Assembly (NCBI GenBank): GCA_944389595.1
Contig: CALXMY010000001.1
Coordinates: 169,532 to 233,531 of the forward strand
From: an uncultured Alphaproteobacteria bacterium
Lineage (GTDB): Bacteria > Pseudomonadota > Alphaproteobacteria > Rs-D84
Direction: 5' to 3'
DNA length: 64,000 nucleotides
A program made the translations under genes and the position numbers. The notes under the pieces are model-generated. The model ran no database searches. It saw only the letters and a list, made by a program, of their open reading frames with translations, and was not told the origin of the DNA. Positions 31,919 to 40,795 of this stretch are shown here, piece by piece; position 1 is the stretch's first letter, and each line of letters starts with the position of its first letter.

Positions 31919-32923
31919 ATGGCCCAAGAAGAAATAATTTTCCCAAATAATATCAGAAACATTCGTTTGGCCAACGGCATGAAAATGACCGAATTGGCGC
32001 GCCAGGCAAATTTATCTTTGTCGGCGGTTTCAAAAATAGAAAAGGGCGTACGCCGTCTGAATCAAAAACAGTTATTAAATATATGTAATATATTGGGCTG
32101 TAAATTATCAGATATTTTTATCAAGGAATCTGATGATGTTGCCGCACAATGGCAAAATGAAATCAAACGTCGTTTGACCGATAACGAAGATAACGGTCTG
32201 AAAATATTTGGCAGTGGTCTGCGCAAAATTCGCCAACAAACCGGTAAAACCATCGCCCAGGCGGCATCTGATGCGGGTATGACATTGTCCGTTTATCACA
32301 AGATAGAGGTTGGCCAACGCGAGATATATGAAAATGAAATTGAACCATTGGCAAAATCATTTGGTTATACCACAAATACATTGTTGGATAAAATTGCCGC
32401 ATTGTACAAGGCCGGCGAATTAACCAAACAAATAAATAAAATCCAGGAACGTGTAAAATCTGTATTGGTTCCGGGTAATCCAATGTCTGGTATTGACCAC
32501 AGCAGTTTATTCGGTGCCAAATTATATGACAGTGCACGTAAAAAATTGGTGCCTGTGTTTGGTGTACCATCTGGAAAAACAATCGCGTTTAAAAAATCTG
32601 ATAAAACAATGGTTGTCGCGCCGATTCCACTAGAAGGCCGCCAGGGCATTTACGCAGTTCGTCCAAATTCAAAACGTTTGGGTGGTTATATTCCTGAAAA
32701 ATCCTATGTTTTTGCGGATTCAGAAACCCCCGCATCGGTTGGTGATTTGGCGGTGTGTATCGATGCTGATTTCAATGCGCTGGATTCGAACGAGGTTGTT
32801 AATGCACAAATTGTCAGTGTTCGTTCCGATTCCAAGGGGCGTATTTATGGGCAAATTTCTTCGCCCGAAGAAAAAGTTACCGGCAAAACAATGCATCGTG
32901 TTATAATGATTGTTATGGAATAA
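31919..32923 (+). CDS. XRE-family regulator with two HTH domains
   Basis: NNIRNIR...ELARQANLSLSAVSKIEKG and GLRKIR...AGMTLSVYHKIEVG; C-terminal domain starts with VPVFG (CI-like). Confidence 0.85.
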   Translation: MAQEEIIFPNNIRNIRLANGMKMTELARQANLSLSAVSKIEKGVRRLNQKQLLNICNILGCKLSDIFIKESDDVAAQWQNEIKRRLTDNEDNGLKIFGSGLRKIRQQTGKTIAQAASDAGMTLSVYHKIEVGQREIYENEIEPLAKSFGYTTNTLLDKIAALYKAGELTKQINKIQERVKSVLVPGNPMSGIDHSSLFGAKLYDSARKKLVPVFGVPSGKTIAFKKSDKTMVVAPIPLEGRQGIYAVRPNSKRLGGYIPEKSYVFADSETPASVGDLAVCIDADFNALDSNEVVNAQIVSVRSDSKGRIYGQISSPEEKVTGKTMHRVIMIVME

Positions 32924-32946
32924 TCCGCCACCGCAGGAGGGGGAAA

Positions 32947-33621
32947 ATGAAAGCAAAAGCCAGTACCATTGCGCAAAAACTGTTAAATCTGTATCGCCAG
33001 GAACATGTAATTTTTGGTGGATGGGCCGCCGTAAATCAGGTGTTCGTGGACGAGGCAGATGATGATGTTTTGCGTGCGTTGCGTGATTTACCAACCGGGA
33101 AAAATCTGGTTCGGCACATAGAAAACCTGCGTTCTGGTAAAACCCCAATGGATTCCATAAATCATGAATTGTTGCCATATGGTGGCATGATGGATAAAAC
33201 AATCGCGACCGTGCCATTGACAGACGATGAATGGCGGCAATTGGAATCCGGAATTGATGAATTCACCACTGACCAGGATGGTTTGAACCGAATTCAACAA
33301 TTGCCCGTTATAAAAAAATTTGGTGATCAATGGTTGGTTGCAATTCGTGCGGCATTATCAAAACGTCCTGAATTATTGGAAAAATGGTCAATTGTTAATA
33401 AAACATATCGGGCGTATTATTTATGGAAGGTCGCCAGTGATATGTTAAATCAGCCACTAACCGAACGTGCACGTGCACAATTACAGGTCGATATGCCAGA
33501 ATATGAAACGTATTTACCAATGTTCGGCGATGCCGGAACGGAATTATTGGAAAAATTGCGTTCTTTTATTTCGACAATAAAGCCTGTGGATGAAAACAAC
33601 GGTGATAATTCCGCATATTAA
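32947..33621 (+). CDS. hypothetical protein
   Basis: 224-aa ORF with strong GGAGGGG SD; its stop codon abuts the terL-N stop. Confidence 0.8.
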   Translation: MKAKASTIAQKLLNLYRQEHVIFGGWAAVNQVFVDEADDDVLRALRDLPTGKNLVRHIENLRSGKTPMDSINHELLPYGGMMDKTIATVPLTDDEWRQLESGIDEFTTDQDGLNRIQQLPVIKKFGDQWLVAIRAALSKRPELLEKWSIVNKTYRAYYLWKVASDMLNQPLTERARAQLQVDMPEYETYLPMFGDAGTELLEKLRSFISTIKPVDENNGDNSAY

Positions 33622-34221
33622 TCATTCATGGGTACGATATATTGTATCCATTGTATGCGGGGTGCCAATGTAAATCATTGTACCATTGGGCGATAAAATA
33701 AAATCTAATTCGCGCAATCGTTCACGCAGATTTTCACGTTTTTGTGCGGTATTACTGGTGTTTGGTACCTCTATGTCATCGCATATAATTAAATCAGACC
33801 GCATACCTGTAATATTACCATGGATACCCTGGCATATAACGGATGGTTCGCGTATTCCAATTGGGCGATTTACTGTTATACGATCGTGCGCCCATTCTTT
33901 TTTAGTTGCCGGAATCAAATCTTTGCACATTGGATGATTTTCCAGTATATGTCGAATATGTGTGACCATTCGTGCCGCCAGATTATTTTCGGCCGATAAA
34001 ATTAAAATTCTGGTTGATGGATTCATGCGTAACACACACGCGGCAAATATTCCAACAACAGTCGATTTACCCGAATGCCGAAATGCCATTAATAATCCAC
34101 GATGTGGCGGTGTGGTCCATATTGATACCAAAAATTCCATAATAGTACGGTGATGTGCCGGTGTCCCCAGCCCCAGCACATCATTCCATGCATCCAAAAA
34201 CGCATAAAAATCATTTACCAT
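33622..34221 (-). CDS. terminase large subunit, N-terminal ATPase half
   Basis: P.HH, Walker A LLMAFRHSGKST, ITG.RSDLIICDDIE (Walker B) and YIGTP coupling motif, then a stop. Confidence 0.88.
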   Translation of the reverse strand: MVNDFYAFLDAWNDVLGLGTPAHHRTIMEFLVSIWTTPPHRGLLMAFRHSGKSTVVGIFAACVLRMNPSTRILILSAENNLAARMVTHIRHILENHPMCKDLIPATKKEWAHDRITVNRPIGIREPSVICQGIHGNITGMRSDLIICDDIEVPNTSNTAQKRENLRERLRELDFILSPNGTMIYIGTPHTMDTIYRTHE

Positions 34222-34229
34222 TGTTAATA

Positions 34230-34577
34230 CTAACCAACCAAATCATCAAATTTATCTAATATTGTTTGTAATAAATTTGGCCGTTTAGCCCGTGTATTAC
34301 GCAGTTTTTCAATGTTTGATTTACGTTTTTCGTTGTATGGTTCCGCTGTTTCCGATGCCAAACGTTTTAATACCGCGCCTGTGGACATGCTGCGCCCGGA
34401 AACCCCGGATGCACCATATTTTGCGCGCTGTGTGGCCAATGTTTTTTTTACCAAATTTGTTTTTTCACGTTCGTCATTTGCCATATCGGCCAATATTTTT
34501 TGGCGTTCGTTTGCGGCCTCTTTTTTTGAATCACGATAATTTAATATTGATGTAACATCAGATACTAATTGTCCCAT
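34230..34577 (-). CDS. putative internal virion/ejection-like protein
   Basis: Helical; QRAKYGASGV motif typical of podovirus internal proteins; follows the tail nozzle gene. Confidence 0.55.
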   Translation of the reverse strand: MGQLVSDVTSILNYRDSKKEAANERQKILADMANDEREKTNLVKKTLATQRAKYGASGVSGRSMSTGAVLKRLASETAEPYNEKRKSNIEKLRNTRAKRPNLLQTILDKFDDLVG

Positions 34578-34595
34578 TTGTTTTTCCTTTGTTTT

Positions 34596-36311
34596 TTATA
34601 CAATATAATAGCCATATGTCGTAATTGATAACACAGTTGCACGGAATTGTTCGGTGCTGGAAATTGTCCATGGTGCATTTGTACATGTACGTTGGCATCC
34701 CATAAAGTTTATGCATACATCGCCGGTATACCCGTTTGATTCAGAATCGTATATATCATTTGGCAGCGATGCACGTTCGCCATTTATAAAAATAGTTTTT
34801 GTATCCGAAATTCTGGCAACAATTTTTCGTATGCGCAGCATGTGTGCATTATGGCCCGATGCACGCATCGGTAATGCCGCCGCGGTATATGAAAAATCAT
34901 ATTGTTCGGCATCGCGTATGGCATCGTCTGAAAATCTTTCCAAATAATATTCGTTGCCACGCGCGACAACGACATATGTTTCATCGCCGGTTGTGGCCAC
35001 TGATTTGAATTGTCCATTTGTCGTATATCGTGCCCATGCAGAAATGCCCAATGCAGAATTTTGATTTAATACCGCCATATCGCCATTTGACATAACAACA
35101 AACAGTTGTCGGATTGCGGGGTTATATGATAAATCCACCGGATTATGCATCAAATGTTTGGCCTGGGTACACAAATCGCGCGCATTATAATTTTCGCCCA
35201 ATGCATCCAACGATAATTCGCGAATGTCCTTTTGTGTGTTTGATATAAATACAGTTGCGCCCTCTATTTTTTGTGGTGGCAGATATCGTGTCGTCACACT
35301 GCCCACGGATGTATGTTGTTTTATGTCAACATTTGACGGTGTTAACGGTTTGCTGGAAATTGCCCATTCACCGGCATTAGTTAATATTTGCAGATTATCA
35401 CTGCTGACAACTGTACATATTTCCTGGCGTTGTTGGGATAACAGTGTTAAAAATATTGCTTCGTCGTCCAATCCGGTGCCGGTATCAAAGTTATTATGAT
35501 GCCCAACACGGGACATCCAAATTCCGCCGGGCCATTCGCGCGAACCGCCAAACACTAATCTGTCCTGGTGAAATGTGATGCTGCATGGCCATCCACGACG
35601 TGCACTGAATGCGGATTCATACCAATCTGTAACAGGCGAGGGCGGAATGTTATATTGTTTGTTCGTATATGCATATATGACGGTCGGGCTGATATATTTT
35701 ACAATTTGCCATTGATTGTTCAGCAACATCAACTGGCCGCCAACACAATTTTGCGTCCAAAAATCTTGGTTAGTGGTAAATGTGGCATAGTTATTACCGT
35801 AACTGTTTGGTGTGACTGTAATTTTAATATCTTTTGAATCGTCAAAGCGCATAAATGGGATATTGATGGTCATATCGGCATCGTTGCGTTCAAATTCAAA
35901 TGGAATTAAACTAAATATATCATCAGATTTTTGCAATATTTGTGGTTGATAATCTGGGTGTACAAAAATCATAGTACCAAAACGTTGGGCATATTGTAAT
36001 TTTGGTAAATCATCAACATCCCATGGCGACATCATATCGCGTATGCGCGTGGTGCCATCATATATCATAAAGTGCCCATCGGTCAGAACAATTAAATAAT
36101 TTTCCGTATTCCCCATAGAGAAAGGAATTAATCGCGCCACAGAATTCAGTTCCGCGACCGATTCCAATCCGCGTCGCCGTTTTAATCCACCGCCGGCCAT
36201 AACATCCATATTTTCCAATTTTGATAATCCATTTAAATTATCGTGCGCAAAAAATTCTGGGGACACTTCGCCATCAGCAAAAGAATTTTGAGTCTTTATA
36301 AAATCGGCCAT
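34596..36311 (-). CDS. tail tubular protein B (nozzle, T7 gp12-like)
   Basis: QNSF..GEVSP, GG..RR.G, F.QDRL.FGG and AW.RY motifs. Confidence 0.85.
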   Translation of the reverse strand: MADFIKTQNSFADGEVSPEFFAHDNLNGLSKLENMDVMAGGGLKRRRGLESVAELNSVARLIPFSMGNTENYLIVLTDGHFMIYDGTTRIRDMMSPWDVDDLPKLQYAQRFGTMIFVHPDYQPQILQKSDDIFSLIPFEFERNDADMTINIPFMRFDDSKDIKITVTPNSYGNNYATFTTNQDFWTQNCVGGQLMLLNNQWQIVKYISPTVIYAYTNKQYNIPPSPVTDWYESAFSARRGWPCSITFHQDRLVFGGSREWPGGIWMSRVGHHNNFDTGTGLDDEAIFLTLLSQQRQEICTVVSSDNLQILTNAGEWAISSKPLTPSNVDIKQHTSVGSVTTRYLPPQKIEGATVFISNTQKDIRELSLDALGENYNARDLCTQAKHLMHNPVDLSYNPAIRQLFVVMSNGDMAVLNQNSALGISAWARYTTNGQFKSVATTGDETYVVVARGNEYYLERFSDDAIRDAEQYDFSYTAAALPMRASGHNAHMLRIRKIVARISDTKTIFINGERASLPNDIYDSESNGYTGDVCINFMGCQRTCTNAPWTISSTEQFRATVLSITTYGYYIV

Positions 36312-36326
36312 AATAATCCCCCTGTG

Positions 36327-36848
36327 TTAAAATCGTGCATTTATTAATGAAAAGTTATTTATACGGTTGTCTGGGTTTGATGCAGTGCTGTCAATAAATT
36401 TTGCAGATTGTAATTCGCTTTCATACAATGCGGCCAACATGCGGAATACAGATTGATCGCCGGTCAATGGTATACAAAATTCCATCGCCAATTTTGTTGC
36501 AACCAATGATGAAAAATACGCCGGAAACTGTTGTGCATCAATACGTATAATCGCAGTTATGGAAATTGTATCATTGTCTGATATAATTCTGTTGCCAACT
36601 ATATTTCCGCCACATCGTAACACGCGCAGGCATTCACCCGGAATTATAAAATTGCCGTCGGTGCTTTTTGCCAAATCAAAATGTTTGCATGCAAATCGCC
36701 ACGGATGTGATGCCAATAATGTATCAACAACTGGATTAAACAGTGTTCGCGACAATTGCGATGCAGGATTATCATCGTTCAATGATTGTATTGGCTTTTC
36801 ACCCAATTTTAATAACGCCATTGAACATAAATCGATTTTTGTTTGCAT
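36327..36848 (-). CDS. tail tubular protein A (adaptor, T7 gp11-like)
   Basis: IDLCSMAL..LG..PI.S...LL..HPWRFA, FP.YF...LA and A..IDS motifs. Confidence 0.85.
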   Translation of the reverse strand: MQTKIDLCSMALLKLGEKPIQSLNDDNPASQLSRTLFNPVVDTLLASHPWRFACKHFDLAKSTDGNFIIPGECLRVLRCGGNIVGNRIISDNDTISITAIIRIDAQQFPAYFSSLVATKLAMEFCIPLTGDQSVFRMLAALYESELQSAKFIDSTASNPDNRINNFSLINARF

Positions 36849-36870
36849 ATCTTAATACCCTGGGTTAGAA

Positions 36871-36902
36871 AAAATCGGGACAGTTAAAAACCGTCCCGAT
36901 AA
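36871..36902 (-). terminator. terminator after the capsid and decoration genes
   Basis: ATCGGGAC...GTCCCGAT hairpin with a T run on the minus strand. Confidence 0.7.
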
Positions 36903-36906
36903 ATTG

Positions 36907-37137
36907 TTATGATAAGGCAGCAACAGAAACATTCGTTGAATCAACAGAAATTTTTTTAATTGATGTGTTGTCAGAACCGTTGATTATTATAATGTCCCCG
37001 GTGTTCATCAATGTTTTTACACTGTTAAAATATCCCGATGTACTGATTGTCGCCAATGTTTCCGATGCAGCATAATGCCACAATGTAAATCCATTTGCGT
37101 ATGCAATCACAGATAAATTTTTATTTTGAAACGCCAT
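36907..37137 (-). CDS. small capsid-associated (decoration-like) protein
   Basis: MAFQNKNLSVIAYANGFTLWHY...GYFN...GD.I; sits between the capsid gene and its terminator. Confidence 0.7.
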   Translation of the reverse strand: MAFQNKNLSVIAYANGFTLWHYAASETLATISTSGYFNSVKTLMNTGDIIIINGSDNTSIKKISVDSTNVSVAALS

Positions 37138-37183
37138 TTGATTTGTTCCTTTGGTTGTTTTGGTTGAACTTGATGTCAATCGA

Positions 37184-38014
37184 CTATTCCGTTTCATCTG
37201 AATCCTTGCATTTAATTCTTACGATACCATCGGCATCAATCATAACTGCGCCCTGGGACATGCTGTTGCTGATAAAGTGCGCCGCACGTTCACCATGCCA
37301 CGAGATATCTGTTTTTACCTCTTGGCCACATGCGTGCCCGATACTGGTTGCGTGATACATAAAACAATCGCGATTAGTTCCGGTCAACGGCAAATCGTTA
37401 TACAACACCCATGTAATCCCCAGCCATTTTTTTGATGCGCCACCGGAAATCATCGGCAAATTATCGCCAACATAATCCGCAGAAACAAATTCGTCCATTG
37501 ACAATAATTCGTTCCATTGATGTACGCCAACAACCGCAAATCTGCGGCCGTCATCCGGCACATCATTTTGATTCAACACTTCCAATGCAGATAAAATTAA
37601 ATCTTTGCTAAGTCCGGTTGAATAATCGCCGATTGATTTGGTTGCGCCGTTCATTGCGGATACAATCAATTCATCGGTTTTGCGGCCCAGTGCATATGCG
37701 CCGGCCGATGCAACCACACGACGTTCATCAACGTTTGTTTTTAATTCATCCAATGCATCAACCCAATCACCTGCATAATAATCTTGTAATACACATTCAA
37801 CAGGTTCATGATTTAAATTCATAACTGGTACAATACCATGACGCGATTTTGTGCTGGCGGTGCCACGTCCAACTTTTTGAAACGTAGTGGATGCCCCAAC
37901 AACGCCGGATTTACTGCGCACGGTGGCGCGTAATTTTGTGCCCATTTGTTGATATGCCAAATGAACGTCGGCCTCGAATTGTTTTATAAAGACCTGGTCA
38001 ACTGAAACAGACAT
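37184..38014 (-). CDS. major capsid protein
   Basis: FIKQFEADVHLAYQQMGTKLR, WVD.LD.LK, AYALGRKTD and S.GA..ID..G, characteristic of podovirus-type capsids in alphaproteobacterial clusters. Confidence 0.88.
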   Translation of the reverse strand: MSVSVDQVFIKQFEADVHLAYQQMGTKLRATVRSKSGVVGASTTFQKVGRGTASTKSRHGIVPVMNLNHEPVECVLQDYYAGDWVDALDELKTNVDERRVVASAGAYALGRKTDELIVSAMNGATKSIGDYSTGLSKDLILSALEVLNQNDVPDDGRRFAVVGVHQWNELLSMDEFVSADYVGDNLPMISGGASKKWLGITWVLYNDLPLTGTNRDCFMYHATSIGHACGQEVKTDISWHGERAAHFISNSMSQGAVMIDADGIVRIKCKDSDETE

Positions 38015-38136
38015 TTTTAATTTTCCTTTGTTTATAAAAAATGAAACAGCAATAAAAATTGCGATTATATTTTTAAATGGTTATGCATAACACTATGCGC
38101 CATATATAAACTGGGTCCCGGTTGGGATTATCCAAA

Positions 38137-38179
38137 AAAATATTCAGTCAGACGCGCGTACATTCTGACTGAATATTTT
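38137..38179. repeat. 16-bp inverted repeat upstream of the capsid gene
   Basis: AAAATATTCAGTCAGA-(11 nt)-TCTGACTGAATATTTT. Confidence 0.7.
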
Positions 38180-38225
38180 AAAAAAATTATTCAAATAAAA
38201 ATCCCCGTTTTACCGGGGATTCAAA

Positions 38226-38579
38226 TTATTTTCTTTTTGCACATGCTTTTTTAGCAACCGGCTTTTTCGCGGCCACTTTTTTCGCAGGTGCTTTTTTAGC
38301 AACTGGTTTTTTAGCTGCGACTTTTTTTACAACTGCTTTTTTAGCAACTGGTTTTTTTGCAGCAACTTTTTTCGCAGGTGCTTTTTTAGCAACTGGTTTT
38401 TTTGCAGCAACTTTTTTCACAGGTGCTTTTTTAGCAACTGGTTTTTTTGCAACGACTTTTTTCGCAGCAGGTTTCTTCGCAGCAGGTTTTTTCACTGCCG
38501 GTTTTTTTGCAGCCGGTTTCGCCGCTGGCTTTTTCGCAGCAGGTTTCTTTGCAGCTGGTTTCAAGAATGTGAATGCCAT
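38226..38579 (-). CDS. histone H1-like Lys/Ala/Pro-repeat protein (HctB/AlgP-like)
   Basis: [17 protein letters not shown]...([14 protein letters not shown])n; AAGGAG SD; own terminator at ~38197-38222. Confidence 0.88.
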   Translation of the reverse strand: MAFTFLKPAAKKPAAKKPAAKPAAKKPAVKKPAAKKPAAKKVVAKKPVAKKAPVKKVAAKKPVAKKAPAKKVAAKKPVAKKAVVKKVAAKKPVAKKAPAKKVAAKKPVAKKACAKRK

Positions 38580-38683
38580 TCTTCTCTCCTTTTTATTTTT
38601 TGGATAGAACAAACTTTTTTGTTCTTACTTACATTTTATACGAAAGAAAAAAAATAGTAAAGGAGAAAGTGCATTTTTTTTTA

Positions 38684-39340
38684 TTACGAATATAATTTTT
38701 TAAAACCATTTTCAATTTTGCGAACGTATTCTGGATCATGATCACGCCAATATTTTGGATCACGCATCATGCGTCGCAATTCATCATCAGTTAAATTTTT
38801 TGATGCCACATCATCTGTTTGAACATGTGGTTCCATTGATTGCATCATTGCATATACGCTGCGGATTCCCTGGGGTGTGGCGCACAGTGCATCAAACGCA
38901 TCACGTGGTAAATATTTTTCGCCGAATGCATTTATTGCAATTAATGCTTCGCGCATTTTATCACTGTCCCCGAAAAAATTTTTTAATTCATTTGTTGCAT
39001 TTGTTTCATCTTGGGCATCAAACAATTCTGATAAAACAGGTTTCAAATATTCTTCGGCAATTTGATAAATTTTTTCAACCTGTGTTTTTGTCAGTCCCAT
39101 TTCAAAAAATTTTTCACGAACCGAATCGTCATCAAATAATTTATTTTCCGGATATTCCGATGCAGACATTGGTACGCCAATTGCATGATTAAACTTTGCG
39201 CGCGCATCTGCGTCCGCGTTTTCATCAGGCACAGAAATCATCGTTCCGATTTTCTTTTCCAATGCAGCATACGATTTCAATAATGCGTCAGTATTTAATG
39301 TTCCGTCTTTATTCAGAAATTTTTCTGGAATTTTCTCCAT
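38684..39340 (-). CDS. capsid assembly/scaffold protein
   Basis: MEKIPEKF...DALLKSY.ALEKK, GLT..Q and M.DPKYW..DP motifs; upstream of the capsid gene. Confidence 0.8.
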   Translation of the reverse strand: MEKIPEKFLNKDGTLNTDALLKSYAALEKKIGTMISVPDENADADARAKFNHAIGVPMSASEYPENKLFDDDSVREKFFEMGLTKTQVEKIYQIAEEYLKPVLSELFDAQDETNATNELKNFFGDSDKMREALIAINAFGEKYLPRDAFDALCATPQGIRSVYAMMQSMEPHVQTDDVASKNLTDDELRRMMRDPKYWRDHDPEYVRKIENGFKKLYS

Positions 39341-39530
39341 TTGTTTTTCCTTTGGTTTCGCTGGATTTGCGCAGAAAATAAATTCCGCCAAATGTAAATA
39401 TTGATTGCAGCATTGTAAATACATCTGTGTCACCAACCAGATACGCACCGATTGATGATAATATTCCAATGCCTGATATAATGTATGTTCTGTGTCCGGC
39501 CAGAAAACCGCCACTGATAATTTTTTGCAT
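39309..39530 (-). CDS. holin-like small membrane protein
   Basis: G.RTYI motif, two hydrophobic segments, FLR and a basic tail; coupled to the cell wall hydrolase gene. Confidence 0.6.
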   Translation of the reverse strand: MQKIISGGFLAGHRTYIISGIGILSSIGAYLVGDTDVFTMLQSIFTFGGIYFLRKSSETKGKTNGENSRKISE

Positions 39531-39548
39531 TTTGTAATCCGTTTTGTT

Positions 39549-39959
39549 TTACAGATAAAACAATAATCCATCTATGTCGGCAATATAACCACGCGATATT
39601 GCCCATGCGGGTATTTTACAATCGCGATGAAAACGTGTGGCCCCATAACAACAATCGGGCAGGCCGCCGTGTAACATACGTGTCGCAACGCGAACACACA
39701 TTTGCATTTCGCGATTATTTATTTCCACATTATTTAAATGATGATTGCGTGACGCGGGATTTATTGATTCGAATAATTCTGTATCAGACACAACATCATC
39801 AATTGTGCGGCCGGTTGCGATTGCATTATTTTTTATCATTGATGTCAGTGCTTCGACCACACGCAGTGATGCCGCACATGTTTCCGCATATACAACGCGT
39901 GCAATTTTATATGCAATCCGTTGTGAACTGTCCGGATTTTTTATCAATATTAATTTCAT
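39549..39959 (-). CDS. SleB-like cell wall hydrolase (Hydrolase_2), divergent
   Basis: IARVVYAE (catalytic Glu position), LPD...GAT.FH, P.WA and I....FY. Confidence 0.75.
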   Translation of the reverse strand: MKLILIKNPDSSQRIAYKIARVVYAETCAASLRVVEALTSMIKNNAIATGRTIDDVVSDTELFESINPASRNHHLNNVEINNREMQMCVRVATRMLHGGLPDCCYGATRFHRDCKIPAWAISRGYIADIDGLLFYL

Positions 39960-40114
39960 GCAAATGATTCCCTTGGATTATTTATGAAATAAAAAAGGGC
40001 CGCACATTTTATGCGACCCAAAATAAAAATCCGCCGGTTTCCCGCGGACATACTTTTAACTGTTTATGTGCATAATAATATCATATTTTGAAACGAAAGT
40101 CAAGAGAATATTTT

Positions 40115-40795
40115 CTACATACTGATTTCATCGCCATATGCCAGCATATATCGTGAACCATTGCGCAATACCAACGCGCCATTTTCGTTGATTCCGATTA
40201 ATTCAACATTATCACCACGGTATTTAACAATTTTGTTTAATCCGGTTGCTAAATCCATCCATCGTGCACGTATCAATGGAAAATCAATTTGCCGCCATTT
40301 GTCCAAATTTTTCATCAATTTATTTAACAGTTCTGATTTTTCAACGCGCGCATAGTTGTCCAGTTTTGTTGTTTTATAACCGGGCACGGTTGGATTGGAT
40401 TTAATATTTATTCCAATTCCAATAATTACAAAGCGTCCCGCGTATTCAATCAATATCCCACAAACTTTTTTATCATCAATTAAAATATCATTTGGCCATT
40501 TTATTTTTGGATTTATACCAAAGGATATTAACGTTTCTGTAACCGCCACCGCAACAACATATGCCAGGCGCGGGTCGCGTTCTTCGGCAGAAAATATAAA
40601 ACTGGCGTATAAATTGCCATGGTGTGAAACCCATGTGCGGTGATATCGTCCGCGACCATCAGATTGGGCCTCGGCCATTATGACGGTATGGTCGCGCGCA
40701 TCACCCATTGCAACCATATTTAATGCATATGTTTGCGTGCTGGGGATTTTATCAAAAGAAATTAATTTATAGCCGGCCAATTTTATACACCCCAT
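40115..40795 (-). CDS. birA: biotin--[acetyl-CoA-carboxylase] ligase
   Basis: IPSTQ, Q..GRGR....W.S, KWPND and KK.CGIL motifs. Confidence 0.95.
   Translation of the reverse strand: MGCIKLAGYKLISFDKIPSTQTYALNMVAMGDARDHTVIMAEAQSDGRGRYHRTWVSHHGNLYASFIFSAEERDPRLAYVVAVAVTETLISFGINPKIKWPNDILIDDKKVCGILIEYAGRFVIIGIGINIKSNPTVPGYKTTKLDNYARVEKSELLNKLMKNLDKWRQIDFPLIRARWMDLATGLNKIVKYRGDNVELIGINENGALVLRNGSRYMLAYGDEISM

Noticed and set aside
30290-33640. Programmed excision or intron restoring a full terminase
   Set aside because: Only ~5-bp microhomologies exist. Joining at CCATG is out of frame, TATAT is too short to be convincing, and no recombinase or intron structure is visible.
37184-38014. Encapsulin nanocompartment
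   Set aside because: The shell gene is accompanied by portal, terminase, scaffold and tail proteins, and no cargo enzyme is evident.
38226-38579. CRISPR array or non-coding tandem repeat
   Set aside because: The repeats are in-frame codons of the Lys/Ala-rich protein; there are no spacers or cas genes in the window.
27726-39959. Intact temperate prophage
   Set aside because: No integrase, att repeats, phage replication genes or tail fibre, and host genes are interleaved.
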